DNA of 64,000 nucleotides from an uncultured Candidatus Peribacteria bacterium (GTDB lineage Bacteria; Patescibacteriota; Gracilibacteria; BD1-5; UBA6164): NCBI GenBank assembly GCA_964545685.1, contig CAZJHB010000001.1, positions 118,470 to 182,469 of the forward strand, read 5' to 3'. Shown piece by piece: positions 63,291 to 64,000 of this stretch (position 1 is its first letter; each line of letters starts with the position of its first letter). The notes under the pieces were generated by a model. It saw only the letters and a program-made list of their open reading frames with translations, ran no database searches and was not told where the DNA came from. The position numbers and the translations under genes were made by a program.

Positions 63291-64000
63291 TTATTTAATT
63301 CGTTCTGGAATACGTATAACTTCGTTACTTGACCTATCTTCAATTTGTCCAGACTCATTATGACCGCATATATAAACTTTATTATTAATTGTTTTAAAAT
63401 ATGTTATGTTATAGTGGATTTTAATGTTTTTGATTTTTTCTTCGATTAAAACTTTATGTGGAACACGCGCATATTTATTATGTGAACCAATTCCAAGTTG
63501 CCCATATGTATTATCACCTGATGCATAAACTTCGTCATTAATTGTTATAAAATATGTATGATAATTATCACTTTTAATACATTTAATTTTTTCTTTGATT
63601 AAAACTTTTTGTGGAATATATATAACTTTATTGCGTGAACCAACTCCAAGTTGCCCATGACGATTATAACCACATATGTAAACTTTATCATTAATTGTTG
63701 TAAAATATGTTTGATAATCTTCTAATTTAACATCTTTAATTTTTTCTTTAAGTATAACCTTTTGTGGAATATTTACATAATTGTCATGTGAACTAATTCC
63801 AAGTTTTTTAAATTTATTATTACCACACGCATAAAATTCATCATTAATTGTTGTAAAATATGTTTGTTGACATTTAAATTTAATATCTTTAATTTTTTCT
63901 TCAATTAAAACTTTTTGTGGATTATATATATATTTATCATCTGAACCAATTCCAAGTTGCCCAGCATTATTAGCACCACATGCATAAACTGTATTATCGA
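63291..64000 (-). CDS. RCC1-like repeat protein, array member 5 (C-terminal part; start beyond the right edge)
   Basis: Own translation is open from 64000 to TAA (plus-strand tta at 63291-63293): ...DNTVYACGANNAGQLGIGSDDKYIYNPQKVLIEEKIKDIKF...VYICGHNESGQIEDRSSNEVIRIPERIK*. Not in the track because it runs off the window. Confidence 0.85.
   Translation of the reverse strand, partial: DNTVYACGANNAGQLGIGSDDKYIYNPQKVLIEEKIKDIKFKCQQTYFTTINDEFYACGNNKFKKLGISSHDNYVNIPQKVILKEKIKDVKLEDYQTYFTTINDKVYICGYNRHGQLGVGSRNKVIYIPQKVLIKEKIKCIKSDNYHTYFITINDEVYASGDNTYGQLGIGSHNKYARVPHKVLIEEKIKNIKIHYNITYFKTINNKVYICGHNESGQIEDRSSNEVIRIPERIK

Larger units (their letters stand above)
58622..64000. repeat. coding tandem repeat with ~153-nt period
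   Basis: Words such as ttttttcttcgattaaaactttttgtggaata recur about every 153 nt (51 codons) across the whole array. Confidence 0.9.

Noticed and set aside
58622-64000. Regular ~153-nt repeat periodicity that could superficially suggest a CRISPR-like or satellite array
   Set aside because: The repeats are in-frame coding units (51-aa RCC1-like blades) inside long ORFs. There is no repeat-spacer architecture and no cas genes, and the context is a eukaryotic virus.

Overview
This window is very AT-rich and gene-dense, with about 75 protein-coding genes on both strands and spacers that are often under 50 nt. The gene set is that of a giant nucleocytoplasmic DNA virus of the Mimiviridae/Imitervirales type. 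That assignment is my inference from gene content and promoter motif; no database search was possible.

Recognisable core genes:
- family-B DNA polymerase, which runs off the left edge and is therefore missing from the ORF track
- RNA polymerase largest subunit (RPB1), an RPB5-like subunit and a possible RPB6-like subunit
- an SF2 (D6/VETF-like) helicase and an SNF2 (NPH-I-like) helicase
- a small Pol X, an XPG/FEN1-like nuclease, a UDG-like protein and a YqaJ/lambda-type exonuclease
- two Nudix hydrolases, a thymidine-kinase-like kinase and a dNK-like kinase
- two Ulp1-like peptidases, and a UBE2J-like E2 next to a RING-bearing helicase
- an NSF-like double AAA+ ATPase, ADP-ribosylglycohydrolase and MYG1
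- a ParB-like protein and a PD-(D/E)xK/SAP nuclease

Most genes carry, about 20-30 nt upstream of the ATG, either the mimivirus-type octamer AAAATTGA or, more often, a variant AAAAATGA(A/T)(A/T)(A/T)TTTT. This motif frequently overlaps the stop codon of the preceding gene. Its internal ATG or TTG spuriously lengthens many ORFs in the track, so I corrected those starts.

Accessory content:
- eight RCC1-like repeat loci, including a head-to-tail array at the right end (58.6-64 kb) built from a 153-nt unit, with one decayed copy
- a five-member paralog family, one member cut short by an in-frame TAG
- a Pol X pseudogene fragment
- an unannotated 59-aa repeat ORF
- a duplicated two-hairpin intergenic element
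- a nearly verbatim ~35-nt upstream element in front of several small G+C-richer genes
- a 49-bp direct repeat pair

I recognised no rRNA, tRNA, CRISPR array, transposase or integrase. All similarity calls are by eye and need profile searches.
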